Positions 23,413 through 36,635 of a DNA stretch of 64,000 nucleotides are shown here, piece after piece. The position numbers were made by a program, and so were the translations under genes. The notes under the pieces were generated by a model. It was not told where the DNA came from, ran no database searches, and saw only the letters and a program-made list of their open reading frames with translations. The stretch's first letter is position 1. Each line of letters opens with the position of its first letter. The stretch is from Carcharhinus longimanus. Lineage: Eukaryota. The stretch spans positions 88,799,127 through 88,863,126 of the forward strand of contig JASCQW010000043.1 of NCBI GenBank assembly GCA_030264375.1. The letters are read 5' to 3'.

Positions 23413-24969
23413 ATTGAAATTAATTGGTGATGCTGTTATTCCTACTACTCCAGAGGTGGCGCTGTGGCCCTTTCCATTTGTTTTGCCAGCCTTTTTTGCT
23501 TCTGTCTCCTACCTCAATCCTCAATTAATTAAAAACCTTTCATCCATCCCGTTGTTTTTGTCTACTTAGCTCTGTACCCATTTTTTTCCTCTGTCCGATT
23601 AATTGAAACCAATACCATGGAAATTTTACTAATATAACATATTCTAATCATTTCCAAGGAGCTCTGTCAACATGAAACAGCACTTTATTACAATTTCTTA
23701 ATGGATCTACACATCAACATGGGTTCTGTACAATGCGCATCAGTCTGAACTATAGTAGTTGCTGGTCTCTCCTGTTTTTTATAAATTCTCAGTAAAACTG
23801 ATTCAAAATTATAAGCATATTTTAGTGATAACTTTCAAATTCTGCAACTATAATAATTCGAAAGCAAGTAGTCTAAACCTGCAAAGCCACAAGTTGTAAA
23901 ACAAAGGATGTGAGATGCGATTTTTTATAGCTACTCTTAATAAATTGAAATATTGCAAGCATGTTCCATTTTTACACTTACCATTATCCAGCACTGCAAA
24001 GATGTTCACTTGTTCATGTACTGTCAGACTGTGGTGGCTGTTGATGAGTATGCCTTTGTTTGAAATACTTTGCCCTATCTTGTATTGATCTGCTCACAGT
24101 TGTAATGTTACCAAGTTCAGCATAACGCTTAAATCTTATATTGCAGTAGTTCCTACTTCCAAGTAATGGAGCTGAATGGATAAGAAAGCTGTTAAGCAAG
24201 CGATAAAAAAATGTCTTATCTGTTCATGGGATGTGGACATTGCTGCTAAGTCCAGCATCTATTGGCCATTCCAAATTGCTTTTAAGAAAATGGTGATGAG
24301 CTGTTGCCTTGAATCCATAGCGTACATGTGGTGTAGATGTCCCCCACAGTGCTGTTAGGGAGGGGTTTTAGAATTTTGGTTCTACAGGAGTGAGGGAATG
24401 ATGATTTAGTTCCAAGCTAACCTTTGCGCCCCTGAAGAGATCCCCACAACAGGTTCACATTTGGGTGAACATATTGTTAGCTTCATTGACATGCCACAAA
24501 AATTTAATAAAGGGGGAAAATACAGCGATAGGTGTGCATAATTTTATTAAAATGTATTTAAATATATTAAAATCAGGTTCTTGCTCATTATGGATGTGAA
24601 CCGGATTTCATTGGCGGTGAAGGGTGGCAGAAATTGGAGATTGGGATCACACCAGCGAGATTCCTGACTCCTCGGTTTCACCAGATCTTGAGCCACCGCC
24701 ACTGATCTCGCAGATGGAGAGTGTGGGTTCAAGATCACCCCCATAGTCTTTTGATAATAGTGATGCAATTGATATGAATGTAGTTTTTGTGTTCAGTGGG
24801 AATGTTTAAAATTCAACTCCATGCCAGAGGTAGTCAGTATGTCTGGCAGAAATACAGCTCAGGTGCTTGGAGAGCAAGATAGCTATTGATTTTAGTTATG
24901 TAGTGTTTACTAAAATGGAGCTAATGGACCTTTGGTTACAAAAATTGTCCCCTGGGGTTTCTAATAAAC

Positions 24970-25160
24970 ATGATGTGGAGATGCCGGTGTTGGTCTGGGG
25001 TAAACACAGTAAGAAGCCTCACAAGACCAGATTAAAGTCCAACAAGATTATTTGGTAGCAAAAGCCACTAGCTTTCGGAGTGCTCTCTCCCCTTTGTCAG
25101 GTGAGTGCTACCAAATAAACCTGTTGGACTTTAACCTGGTGTTGTGAGACTTCTTACTGT
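24970..25160. mobile_element. Penelope-derived fold-back element family A, inserted in an LTR
   Basis: GATGTGGAGATGCCGG head, inverted arms and a hammerhead-like motif on the minus strand. Absent from the sister LTR. Confidence 0.7.
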
Positions 25161-26993
25161 TTCTGAATAAAGGAATGGAATGTGGATTTAGGTGCTAGAC
25201 TCACCACAGGGAGGGAATGATAGGGAGAGTCTAGAACTAGGGGGCACAGGTTGAAAATAGGAAATCTCCCATTTAAGATGTGGTTAATGGAAGGAGCTCG
25301 GTCTGCAGCAGAGAAAACAGATTTCAGTTCTGGCTAGGGTTTGTTTGAAGACAAAGGTTTTCTACAAGCAGCTCTCACTCCACAAAATCTCTTTGAAAGC
25401 TTCAAAGCCTCTGTGCTCATTATAGCAAGTATATTTATGATTCCTAACTATAATTTAAGTGGCTTTTGAGTCTGTAGGAGAAATGTTGTTTATTTGGAAC
25501 TGAAACAGTAATAAGTTGAAAACTGAAGTTTTTTTATTTTCATTTTTAAATATCGTTCAATGGTTGAAAGTTAAGCTTCTCCATTTGTTAGAGTCATANN
25601 NNNNNNNNNNNNNNNNNNNNNNNNNNNNNNNNNNNNNNNNNNNNNNNNNNNNNNNNNNNNNNNNNNNNNNNNNNNNNNNNNNNNNNNNNNNNNNNNNNTA
25701 AATATCGTTCAATGGTTGAAAGTTAAGCTGCTCCATTTGTTAGAGTCATAGTTAAGCTGTGCTATTAAATAAAATTAGTTTTGCTATAAGCAATCCCTAA
25801 TTTGTCAACAGTATTACTGCTGGAGTGAAGCATCCTACCCTCACATTTACGACAAAGTAGAAACATTGTTGGGTTCCAATATGGCTTCCTGATGTATACT
25901 TGGGCTGTGATCCACTGCCCTGACAAAAACTGGGGGCTCTTGTCAGGTTTAAAAAGTACAATTCCTTGTTCGACTTGGGTTATTGAACACAGTGGGTGTG
26001 AGGAATTGGTGCATTCTTTCAGGTGTTGCATTTGGTTAATTAAAATGGAGAATGCCTTGTGAAAATGTCTCCTTCAATGAGATTTCCTGGGTATAAAAGA
26101 GGTCACTCAGGGATAGTTTACAAAGGCTGGTTAAAACAAAGCTTTTCGTATAGGTGACCAAGCTGCAGTTGACTGTAGCTGAAGGGATGGGGAGGCAGAG
26201 ATAATTTCAGTGATAGCTCTGCATTTAAGGTTGCCAGAGACACAGTTTGAAGAATTGGAATTGGCTAAAGTTCAATTACAAATGAAATAATTATAACAAG
26301 AAACAAAATTGTTTCTTGCAACAAGAAACAGATTTGAAACTGTTACAATGGACTAAAGAAATGAAACAGCTTGAATTAGAAGCATAGGAAAGAAAGGGTG
26401 GCAAGAGAGACTGAGAGACAATGGGTAACGGATAAAAGAAAAGTGAGAGGATTTGAACTTCAGAAACTCAAACTGCAAAGAGATTTAAAATGGTGGTGGC
26501 GAAGGCAGACGTCAAGGAGAACAATGAGCAGGAATTAACTTCTCTTCATCAAAGACCTTGTTGGGATATGTTTAAATGTAATCATGGATTGTCAAGGTTT
26601 GATGAGAAGGATGTAAAAGCCTTTTCCAGTTCATCTAAAAAAGTAGATACACAATTGCAATGGCCACAGACCATGCAGATATTGTTGATTCAAATAAAGA
26701 TGGTAGGTAGGGTTAGTGAAGTGTTAGTGTCTCTGTCAGAGGAGGTATCTAGGGATTATGATGAGATGAAAAAGGCCATCTTGAGTGCATATGAATTAGT
26801 GTTTGAAGCCTACAGGCAGTAATTTAGAAATCTAAGGAAAGAACCAGGGCATAGTGAATTTGAAAGAATCAAACAAACTTTGATAAGTGGATAAGACCAT
26901 TAAAAATAGACCAAACATATGACACTCTTAGGGAAATGGTTATTTTGGAAGAATTTAAAAATTCACTTCCTGAAGTCGTGAGAATTCCAATGA

Positions 26994-27250
26994 AGGAGTT
27001 TGCGCGTTCTCCCCGTGGTTGCGTGGGTTTCCTCCGGGTGCTCCGGTTTCCTCCCACATCCCAAAAATGTGCTTTTAGGCTGATTGATTGGGTAGCAAAT
27101 TGTCCCTATATTGGACCTCCCTGATCCTCGCACATTAGGCTTAGACTAAAATCATGAATAGGTCACTGAGACAATGGGACGGCGGCGCGGGCTCGTTGGG
27201 CCGAAGGGCCTGTTTCCTGTGCTGTGTTGTTCTTTGTTCTTTGTTCTTTG
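26994..27250 (+). mobile_element. Young 5'-truncated V-SINE/HE1-related SINE with a (TTCTTTG)n tail, inserted in gag
   Basis: CpG-intact central domain GGGTTTCCTCCGGGTGCTCCGGTTTCCTCCCAC, a divergent middle and a CR1-type tail. Confidence 0.7.
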
Positions 27251-30200
27251 AACAAAGGGTTAAAACTGTGAGACTGGCAGCAGAAATGGCAAATCATTTT
27301 GAATTTGTTCATAAATCAAGGTTTGGGTCTTGACCTCAATTTCAATCTGTAAGGGATAGAAACTGGGGAAGCAAAGTTGTCAGCTTGTCAAGGCAAAAGA
27401 GGTCCCATTGGAGATAGTAAGGATAATATGTCTCAGGTTGAAAAGCAAATATTTGAGGGTGGAAGGAAGATAATGCATTTTAAATGTTTTCATTCTTGTT
27501 GCTACTGGCAGTCAATGTGCCTGGCATGAATGCAGCTCAGATGCTGGACAAGTAGGATAATTACTCCTTTTAGCCATGTAGTGTTTACTAAGATAGAACT
27601 AATGGATTTTTGTTTACAAAAAAGGTCTTCTGGGGCTTCTGATTGAAAGAATGGAATGTGGGTTTAGGTAGGCAGGGTGAGGTGAGAGTGTAGTTAATGG
27701 GAGGAACTAGGTCTGTAGCAGAAAAACAGCTTTTCAGTTCTGGCTGGGATTCATTTGAAGACTGAGATTTTCTACAAACTGCTCTCTTCACCAAATTTCT
27801 CTGAAAGCTTCAAGGCCACCTATACTCATTATAACAAGTATATTTGTGGTTGCTAACTGTAATTAAAGTGGCTTTTGAGTTTGCAGAATGAATGGTGCTT
27901 ATTTGGAGCTGTAACAGTGATAAGTCAGAAATTGAAGTTGTTTTCATTTTTAAGTATTGTTCAAAGGTTAACAGTTAAGCTGTTTCATTTGTTAGAATTA
28001 TAGTTAAGTTGTGTTATTGAATAAAGTTTATTTTTCCATAAAAGATCCCTATGTTGTCAGTGGAACTACTCTTGTAGTGAAGCATCCCACCCTCACATTT
28101 ATGCCAAAATAGAAAAAAATTGTTGGGGTCTAGTCTGGCTTCCTATTGAAAATCCAGTGATCTGGTCCAGCACCCTAACAGTCTCCAGATCAGTAGTTAC
28201 AGTTAAAAATATTAAGTGAGAAAGATTAGAGTAGATCAAATTGCAATGGAAAGAAAAAACATTTCTAGTGTTGAAATAATAAAAAAGAAAATGGTAAAAT
28301 AGAAAGGCAAGCAAGCAGATACTTAGAATTTAAAAATTTGATTTAAAATTATACCTTAGCTTTTTTCTGCTTTAGAATTAATATGGCTGTAACAAAACAG
28401 GTCTTCCCATTTAAATAGCTTTATCCCTGCTGTAATGTTTCAGGATTACAGTGCATGAACTAAAAATTTAAGAAGCAGACTACGTCCAGAACACAATAAT
28501 TGCTCCAGATCTTTGTGTTAGGATTCTAGTCTGATAGTACTCTATCAGAATGATGCTACAAATCACAAGATTATAACATATTTTCCTTGCAGTGTCAGAA
28601 TAAAATATTTATAACACAACAAGGGAAACTGATTGTTGCAACATTTGTCAGACACAAATGATTTTGTCAACTATCCAATTTTCCCAGGAACAAAAGGATA
28701 ATTCATTTAATAATTTTCCCCCTTCAAAGTATTCTTTGCCTACATAAATTCAGATAATTACACTTGCCCATGCGTGCAACAAAATGCAGAATGTCAATCA
28801 CCCATCTAGCTAATCTCCACAGAAAGCCACTACTTTCCTCTATCCAAATCCTCCCACTCCTACCAAAATCCCTTTTGCTACTTTTAATTGTGCTTTGAAT
28901 GAGAGGAGATATTGCATTATCTCCTTTGTATTGAGGGAAATGTTTTACATAATAATTGGGTCCTGAAAGGAGACTAATATGTTGGTTAATCACAATTCAT
29001 TAGTACTTGAATAATACTTATCTTCAATAGCTGTACTTAAGTAATAACATTGCAATAAAATCAGTTGATAAAGACAGATAGTGCCCATTTTGGTGATGTC
29101 TCTTTCCTTTTCTAACGATCAGACTGTTGATAAAGAATTTGAAGAGAAATCTAAAACACTCACACAATAAGTCTGCATATCCAGTTCAATGCTAGATTTT
29201 GTGTGACTATTTTTAAAAAGATTTTTGCAGTGTAGCATGTCAGTTGACATCAGTGGACTATATAAAGTAGAATTTACCATCACCTGGGTATGATATGTTT
29301 AAATATATATATTGACATTTCTGAAATTCCTTCAGTTTTGGACTGAACAGATCACATGCTTAAAAGCTCTTGAAGTAAAATATTAAATGGTTCAGTATAA
29401 TGGGTTAACCTGCCAGGAATACAATGCATATTGTAACAGCAGAGTAAGATTGGGCTCATTGTAAAAGCTGTTTCTCATTTTACTCTCTTATCCATTTCCA
29501 AAAACTTAACTAAAGCTGTGGCAGTTTCATTAGTTGACACAAGAAACTGAAACATTATTGCTGAAGTGTAAATCCTTTTTAAATACCTCTTAGTATTTTG
29601 AAGTTAGTTTAAGTGTTGTGTCTGAATTTTATTTTACATCTGATAGGTGAAAATATTGGCTTCATCCAGCAATTTATGAAGGAAGGCTTCATTACTTTTT
29701 ATCTAAAATGTACTATAGTGTTGCTGGAGCTACATTACAGGAATGGGGGAAAGCGAATGCCGTCAGTGTGTTACTATTGCAGTTTTTTTTTCAAATCAAG
29801 TGTTAATCCAACAAGGTTGCAATGTTCATACAGTGTACACAAGTCCTTCATTGTCTAGTATTTCTCCAAAATGTAGGTAAAATGGTAAGTAGTATGAAGA
29901 TATTTGGAATCAGCTTAGGTACTACAAGCAAATGTCAAATTCAATAGCGTATCTCTACTAACAGTAAACTACTGATAAAATCTAGTGGCATTACAAGAAC
30001 AAAGCCTGTAAAGCAATAAGGCTACTTAAGTGACTGACTAGCATGTAATATTTCTTCAAAATAAAATAAATGGTGACCTTATTAATTTTAATCCTGCAAT
30101 TCACCATGGGGGGAATTTAAAAGAATGTGTGAATGCTGTTATAGAAATAAATTAAGTGTTTCATTTGATTGTGGCTACACTATTTTTCCAGCAATGTGAC

Positions 30201-31009
30201 TCATATGTAGTCCATTAAAGCATGTTATTTCATCTGCAGGAATTAGGTGATGCTGGGACATGGGAATAATCTTCCCTGTGTAATGAACTCTTTCTCACTT
30301 TCTATGACTGAAGCATTTTACAACTTAACTTCAGCTTTCAGTGACAAAAATATAACTTCACTTCTCTCAGAGCACTGGAATAAAGCAGACCGGAATGAAT
30401 GTAGGTCATGTAAACCTCAGTAATGTTTCTTCCATAGGCACCTACGGCCTATACCACTAGTTCACGTTCTTTTTTTTATCCGTTATGGAATATGGGTGTT
30501 GTTGGCTAGACCAACATTTATTGCCCATTCATAATTGTCCATGAGAAGGTGGTGGTGAATTGCCTTCTTGAACTGTTTGAGTTCCTGTGGTGTAGATAGT
30601 GCTAGTAGAGCGGAAGCTCTGGAATTTTGACAAAATGACAGTGAAGGAATGGCAACAGATTTCCATGGTGGGCTGGGGTGGGCACAGNNNNNNNNNNNNN
30701 NNNNNNNNNNNNNNNNNNNNNNNNNNNNNNNNNNNNNNNNNNNNNNNNNNNNNNNNNNNNNNNNNNNNNNNNNNNNNNNNNNNNNNNTTCCTACCAAAGT
30801 GGACCACCTCGCACTTGCCAACATTAAATTCCATTTGCCATTTCCTGGCCCATTCGCCCAGCCAGCTCCATTCTCCCACAAATATCAAATGGCATATCTT
30901 CAGCTAGTGACATTGTGGGGGGGTAGCTTTGCCAGGAATACACCTTGCCATTAGTTCTCTCCAATCTGCTTGCCATTTTGGGGCTATGCTGTAGCCATGA
31001 GTGCAAGTT

Positions 31010-31345
31010 CAGAGAATCATACAATCCCCATTTGGCCCATCATGTCTGCACCAACTCTGCATCTTACCCAGGCCCAACCCTGCCCCCCCCCTTCCACTCA
31101 GCCTTTCCCCAAATATCTCATGTATGTCCCATGGCTAATCTCCCTAACCTACACACCTTGGCACGCTAAGAGGCAATTTAACATGTCCAAATCAATCTAA
31201 CCTGCACAACCTGTAGGAGGAAACCCATGCAGACACAGGGAGAATGAGCAAACTCCACACAGACAATCACCCCAAGGCCGGAACTGTACCTGGGTCCCTG
31301 GCACTGTAAGTCAGCAGTGTTAACCACTGTGCCATTGTGCCACCC
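31010..31345 (-). mobile_element. HE1 SINE
   Basis: Reverse-complement consensus. Confidence 0.8.
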
Positions 31346-31369
31346 ACCGCAATGCACTCAACCAAGATA

Positions 31370-31548
31370 TGATGTGGAGATGCCAGCGTTAGACTGGGGT
31401 GGGCACAGTAAGAAGTCTCACAACACCAGGTTAAAGTCCAAAGGTTTATTTGGAATCACAAGCTTTCAGAGTGCTGCTCCTTCATCAAGTGAGTCACTCA
31501 CTTGATGAAGGAGCAAACTCTGAAAGATCGTGATTCCAAATAAACCTG
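31370..31548. mobile_element. Penelope-derived fold-back element family A
   Basis: Palindrome centred at ~31495, with hammerhead-like motifs on both arms. Confidence 0.7.
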
Positions 31549-34057
31549 ATACATTTCCAAGTCAGGATGCTGAGCAACTTGGAGGGGAACTTGCAAGTGG
31601 TGGTGTTCCCGTGTATCTACTTCTCATCTTCTGGATGGTAGCAGTCACGGGTTTAGAAGATGCTGTCTAAGAAGGCTTGGTGAATTTCTGCATTCCTCAT
31701 GTAGGTGGTACATACTGCTGCCACTGTTCATCGGTAGAGAGAATGAATGTTTGTGAAAGAGATGTCAGTCAACACAGCTGCTTTGTTCTAGATGGTGTCA
31801 AGCCTCTTGACTATTATTGGAGCTTCACTCATCCAGGCAAATGGAGAGTATTCAATCACACTCCTGACTTGTGCATTGGAGCTGATGGGCAGGTTCTGGG
31901 GAGTCAGGAGGTGAGATACTCACCGCAGGATTGCTAGCCTCTGGCCTGGTCTTGTTAATGATGCATTATGTAAGTAATAGTGAAAAAAGATAATGTTTAA
32001 GTTACTCAGAGTCCTGGTTGAAATAGGAATATTATTTTACATCTTTCAGTGCTCTCCTGATGCTGCCTTATAACCAGTCCCAAAAAGATGGCCAAGAGCT
32101 ATTTTTTCTCTCAAACCATATTGAACAACCTGACCTTTGAACCATGCCTTTTGAAATATAAGTATTTGGAGGACACACAATTTGCATGAAGGTAAATCGC
32201 ATCTTCAAGACAAGATTTATACTATATTTCAAATGTATTATTTACCCACAACAACCCAGAAGGTTTAGTATCCACCTTGGTTAGATTAGGGAAAGACAGA
32301 AAAAGAAGTGCAAGGATCAACTCAACTGATTCTTGCACAATACAGTCATTACAGTAAATGTATTTGTCCTGAAGGGCAAGATGAATCTGTTGTGTGAACC
32401 AGATGGCAGCCTGTTCCAATTAATGGGTGAATGCAGATATAGCTTTTTCATTCTGTTTAGAATTAAGTTCCCTTTTGCTTTCACTATAATGTACCAAAAT
32501 ATTATATTATTTGACAATAACCTTTAAAGCTTAATTGCTGTTTTGGCATTTCAGAAGACAAACAAAAAAAATTAAAATATTAATTTATACCACAAAAACC
32601 ACATCACTGTTCTTTTGTATCTTTCTCTAGCTTGCCTTTGAACATTCAGTCTTGAGAACTGCTGCAAATTACTTTTGTTTCAGTAAGAAACCACATTTAT
32701 ATAGTGGCTTAAAGTGGAAAAATGCAAGGATACTTGGCATATGGATGGGTGGGGAAAAGAAAAATCAGTAAAAGAAATAAAGGAACATTGCTGAGCTGTA
32801 GTACAAAATCTAAGACTGGTGGCAAAAGGCTTTGCCAAAAAGATGGATTTACGGAAGATTTTTGAAAGAAACAGAGGGTTTCAAGCAAGAAGTTTTGAGG
32901 CAGCTGGCCAATTGGTGGGGAGCAATGAAAAACCATAGAGGGTGGGACAACTGTGAGATTGGAGGAAGTTGCTGAGTTTGGATGGAATGAGGATTTAGAG
33001 GGAGTTTGCAGCTGTCATCAGAGTAACAAGGTCCATATTTGGATACTGTGAAAGTCTCAAACGATTAATAAAAGTTAACAGTAATCACACTACAATTTTG
33101 TGTTCAGTACTATTCCAAAGTGATTATTTCCTGTGGTCATCTAAACAGTGTTAATATATAATTTTCTCCTTCATGTTCTGTTTTGTTACAATAAAGATAA
33201 ATGTGTTGGCAATGCTATAAAATTATTGTTTTTCCATCAGTCAAATCTAAATGTTAATACGTATATTAATCATACTCTCAGTATATTAATAGGATTATTC
33301 CATGTCGGTGAAAGGTTAGATGTGTGCTGCAAGTAAGGATATCCATTATTGAACAGGCGGCTCTTTAACCTCACACATAAATAAAATCTTTTGTTTGGCA
33401 AATCTACCAGGATTTTACTAAGCATCTCTCAGAACCAATACATCCCTAAAACTAAGCAGTAACTCATGAGCTTTTAAGTCAGTGACTTTGCATTTATGCA
33501 TTGTGTTTATTATCCTGATAAGGCACCAAGATCTGCAGTGGGCTTTACTTTTGGTGGTCCCATATTGTTATTCTTGTCAGTATTTAGAGGAGCGTTCAGT
33601 TTTGTGATGAGCTGGTCGTACAAGGCCTGTAATGGGGCAGTACATAGATTGACTTTATTAAAAGAAAAATCCCATATTTAAAACCATCAAAAGTGTCCTG
33701 AATATACTTAAAAAGTAGCAAATTATTCCATAATCTCTGCTTCCTGTTGTCTATTATAATTTGTCTTTGGTTCCTGAAACAATCCTAAGGGTTAAATATG
33801 GGAGTATTGTCTTTACTGTTTAATTCCAACATGAAGAAAGAAACTACAAAAATGATACACCATCAGTGACAAATTAAGGATGGAATTTAATTTGAAGAAA
33901 AGATGTACAAAGCTGTGAAGATTAGTAGCAGGCCAGGACATTAAAGTCATTTTGTAAACCAGCAAAGAATTTAAAAAAGAGGGAAATGAGAAAATTGAGA
34001 GTAAACTAGCAAGAAATGTAAATCTACCAGAAGTATATGAAAAGGAAGAGAGTGGCC

Positions 34058-34358
34058 CTGGAGCAGCACAGTGGCAAAGCGGTTAGCACTGTCGCCTCAT
34101 AGTGCCAGGGATCTGGTTTTGATTCCCAGGTTGTGTCACTGTCTGTGCTAAGTCTGCACTTTCTCATTATATCTGCGTGGTTTCCTCCGGGTGCTCCAGT
34201 TACCTCTCACAAAGAAAGACGTGCTGGTTAGGTGCATTGGCCATGCTAAATTCTCCCCCATTGTAGCCAAACAGATATCGGAGTGTGGCGGCTAGGGGAA
34301 TTTCATAGTAACTTCATTGCAGTGTTAAGCCTACTTGTGGCACTAATAAATAAATTTA
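34058..34358 (+). mobile_element. HE1-related SINE with alternative tail, inserted in a CR1 fragment (~33870-34520)
   Basis: HE1 head plus alternative tail; flanks read as CR1 ORF2 remnant. Confidence 0.75.
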
Positions 34359-35834
34359 TTAAATATTGGACCCTTAAAAATGAGACTTAGAATTAATGAT
34401 GGGAAACAAGGAAATGGCAGAGACCATGAACAAGTATCATGTAATTATCTCCACATTAGAAGACGCAAATACACCCCAAGAATAGTAGAAAAGGGCAAAG
34501 AAGGGGTGGAACTTCAAACAACTTCTACTGCTTGATGTTAATTAGAACATTTTTGCTCAGCATAGTTTTGGTTGTCGTTCAACTCGCGAATATGAGTAAT
34601 TTTACCAGCTGAGTGCAGCAAATGGTTGGAACTATGAATGCGACATACAAAAATTATATTATCTTTTTTTTCTACATGGTGCAAAAGATTAGAGCTGTGA
34701 ATATAAACACAGTACATGCATTTCCAGAGGCAGACATTCACCATTTCATTTAGGCATTTTTTTTACCTTAGACACTAGGCTTTTGACTGGCTTATGAACG
34801 GTGACAGCCCAATGTTGCAATATTCTGCTTTACGCCCCCCGCCCCCCGGCAATATTTGTGAAATAGCTTCACAAATGTACAAGATTGACCGTTGCTGTTA
34901 GTGCTAAAAATAGTTGGGGCGGTAGAGAGAGGATAAGATCACTTAGATAAAGCCAAACCCCTTTAGTGATTACGGGGGAATTATAGCAGAGGCTGCCGAG
35001 TCCAGAACAAAGCCAGTTTCAATCTGACTAATTTTCCGTTAGAAATTGAAATGAGTTGGGGAAATTCCCCCAACGTTGCCTGCCGTGCTTGGTTCACTCT
35101 GATACTGCCGACCGAAAAAACGCCATCACACAAATAAAAGCAAAGCCAGATAATGTTTTCTCAAATGTGATCAAAGGGCGAATTAATATTATAGGAAACA
35201 GCGACTTAAAAATAAATGAAATGTTACTTTCAATTGTTCTGACATCATGCGATATTGTGAGTCTGTATGTTAGCTTTAGTCAAAAACTGACGGATATAGA
35301 AAGAGAATCACAATCACATAGCTCTGGAGATCATTCTGTCCATCGGTCTTGAACTGGCTCTTGTGATATTGATTCCACTAACCGTTGGCCCTCATCTGCC
35401 TCACTGCTGCTATTTTAAGCACAGGCACAAATGCCGCCCCCCTCCTCCAGCCCCCTTCAATGCTGTGCCTCTGAAAAGCTCATTTCAATAATGTGTAAAT
35501 CCCACACCGCTTAAAAACATGAATTCGGTCCGTGTGTGAGGAAGAATGAAACTTCTTCAATCAAATCTGGAATTAAATCATGAATCATTTCACATTTTAG
35601 AGATTACGAATCACAACCTAGAGATTGACGGCAGGCGAGAGGTATGGGGTGAAATGAGTGAAAATGGGTCGCCTCGAAAGATTTTACATTGAGAAAATGA
35701 CATATCACAATTGTATTGTGTTAAAACTTTTTTTACTCAATCCCTATCCGAGATAGTGGGAGTTCTGTGGTCAACATTGATATTAAAATACGATATTATC
35801 ACCAGAAGTCCAATCAATGCAGAATTGAGAACAG

Positions 35835-36254
35835 CGTGCATAGTCAAAAGCTTTTTCCCAGGGTGGAAAAGTCAATTACTAGAGAGCATAGGTTTAAGGT
35901 GCGAGGGGCAGNNNNNNNNNNNNNNNNNNNNNNNNNNNNNNNNNNNNNNNNNNNNNNNNNNNNNNNNNNNNNNNNNNNNNNNNNNNNNNNNNNNNNNNNN
36001 NNNNNNNNNNNGAGGTTAAAGGAGATGAACGAGGCAGGTTTTTCACATAGAGGGTGTTGAGAGCCTGGAACTCGCTACCGGTTGAAATAGTGGAAGCAGA
36101 TACCATAGTGACATTTAAGGGACGGCTTGACAAATACATGAATAGGATGGGAATAGAGGGACATGGCCCTGGAAGGGCAGTCGGGCAACATGGTTGTGCA
36201 GGCTTGGAGGGCCCAAAGGCCTGTTTAAGTGTTGTAATTTTCTTTGTTCTTTGT
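35835..36254 (+). mobile_element. CR1 LINE 3' end with (TTCTTTG)n tail
   Basis: ..RAWNSLPVEIVEADTIVTFKGRLDKYMNR ORF2 end. Confidence 0.8.
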
Positions 36255-36635
36255 TAGTAAATTTAGATGTAGATCCAGCAAACAAAACGGTCTCAGAATA
36301 CACTATAATTTCTGTAAGAGAATTTGGAAGTATCAATCTCTTAAAAAATTATTTGTTACACATTGAGAAGTACAGCAATGAATATAATCTCACCACAAAG
36401 TTACTATTAGGTCTGTACAGAAATGAGCTCATCCGAATTCTACATGCATTATGTTGAAAAGGGGTTATCTCTGATCTCTGTCGTTCGATATGCTTTTTGG
36501 TAAAATATTGATGAAAATTTTACACAGCAATAATATACCTCCCAGACAGGAAAGCTTTTTTCCCCGAAACATCTTCAAGCCTATTGGGACAAGATCATTT
36601 AGATAGCAATTATGAAATATTTTACAAGAGGTTTT

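Larger units (their letters stand above)
24899..28180 (+). mobile_element. Gypsy (Gmr1-like, SCAN-type gag) LTR retrotransposon, pol-deleted
   Basis: Two LTRs begin TGTAGTGTTTACTAA (24899, 27577) and end in CA (25925, 28180). PBS-like TGGGGGCTC at 25931. Gag remnant RFDEKDV..KKAILSAYELVFEAYRQ..ILEEFKNSLPEVVR. Confidence 0.8.
30475..31955 (-). mobile_element. CR1/L2-group LINE 3' region, interrupted at 30666-31547 (another fragment at 24220-24415)
   Basis: Sequence is continuous across ATTTCCA junctions. Its 3' end is shared with the second SINE family. Confidence 0.6.
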
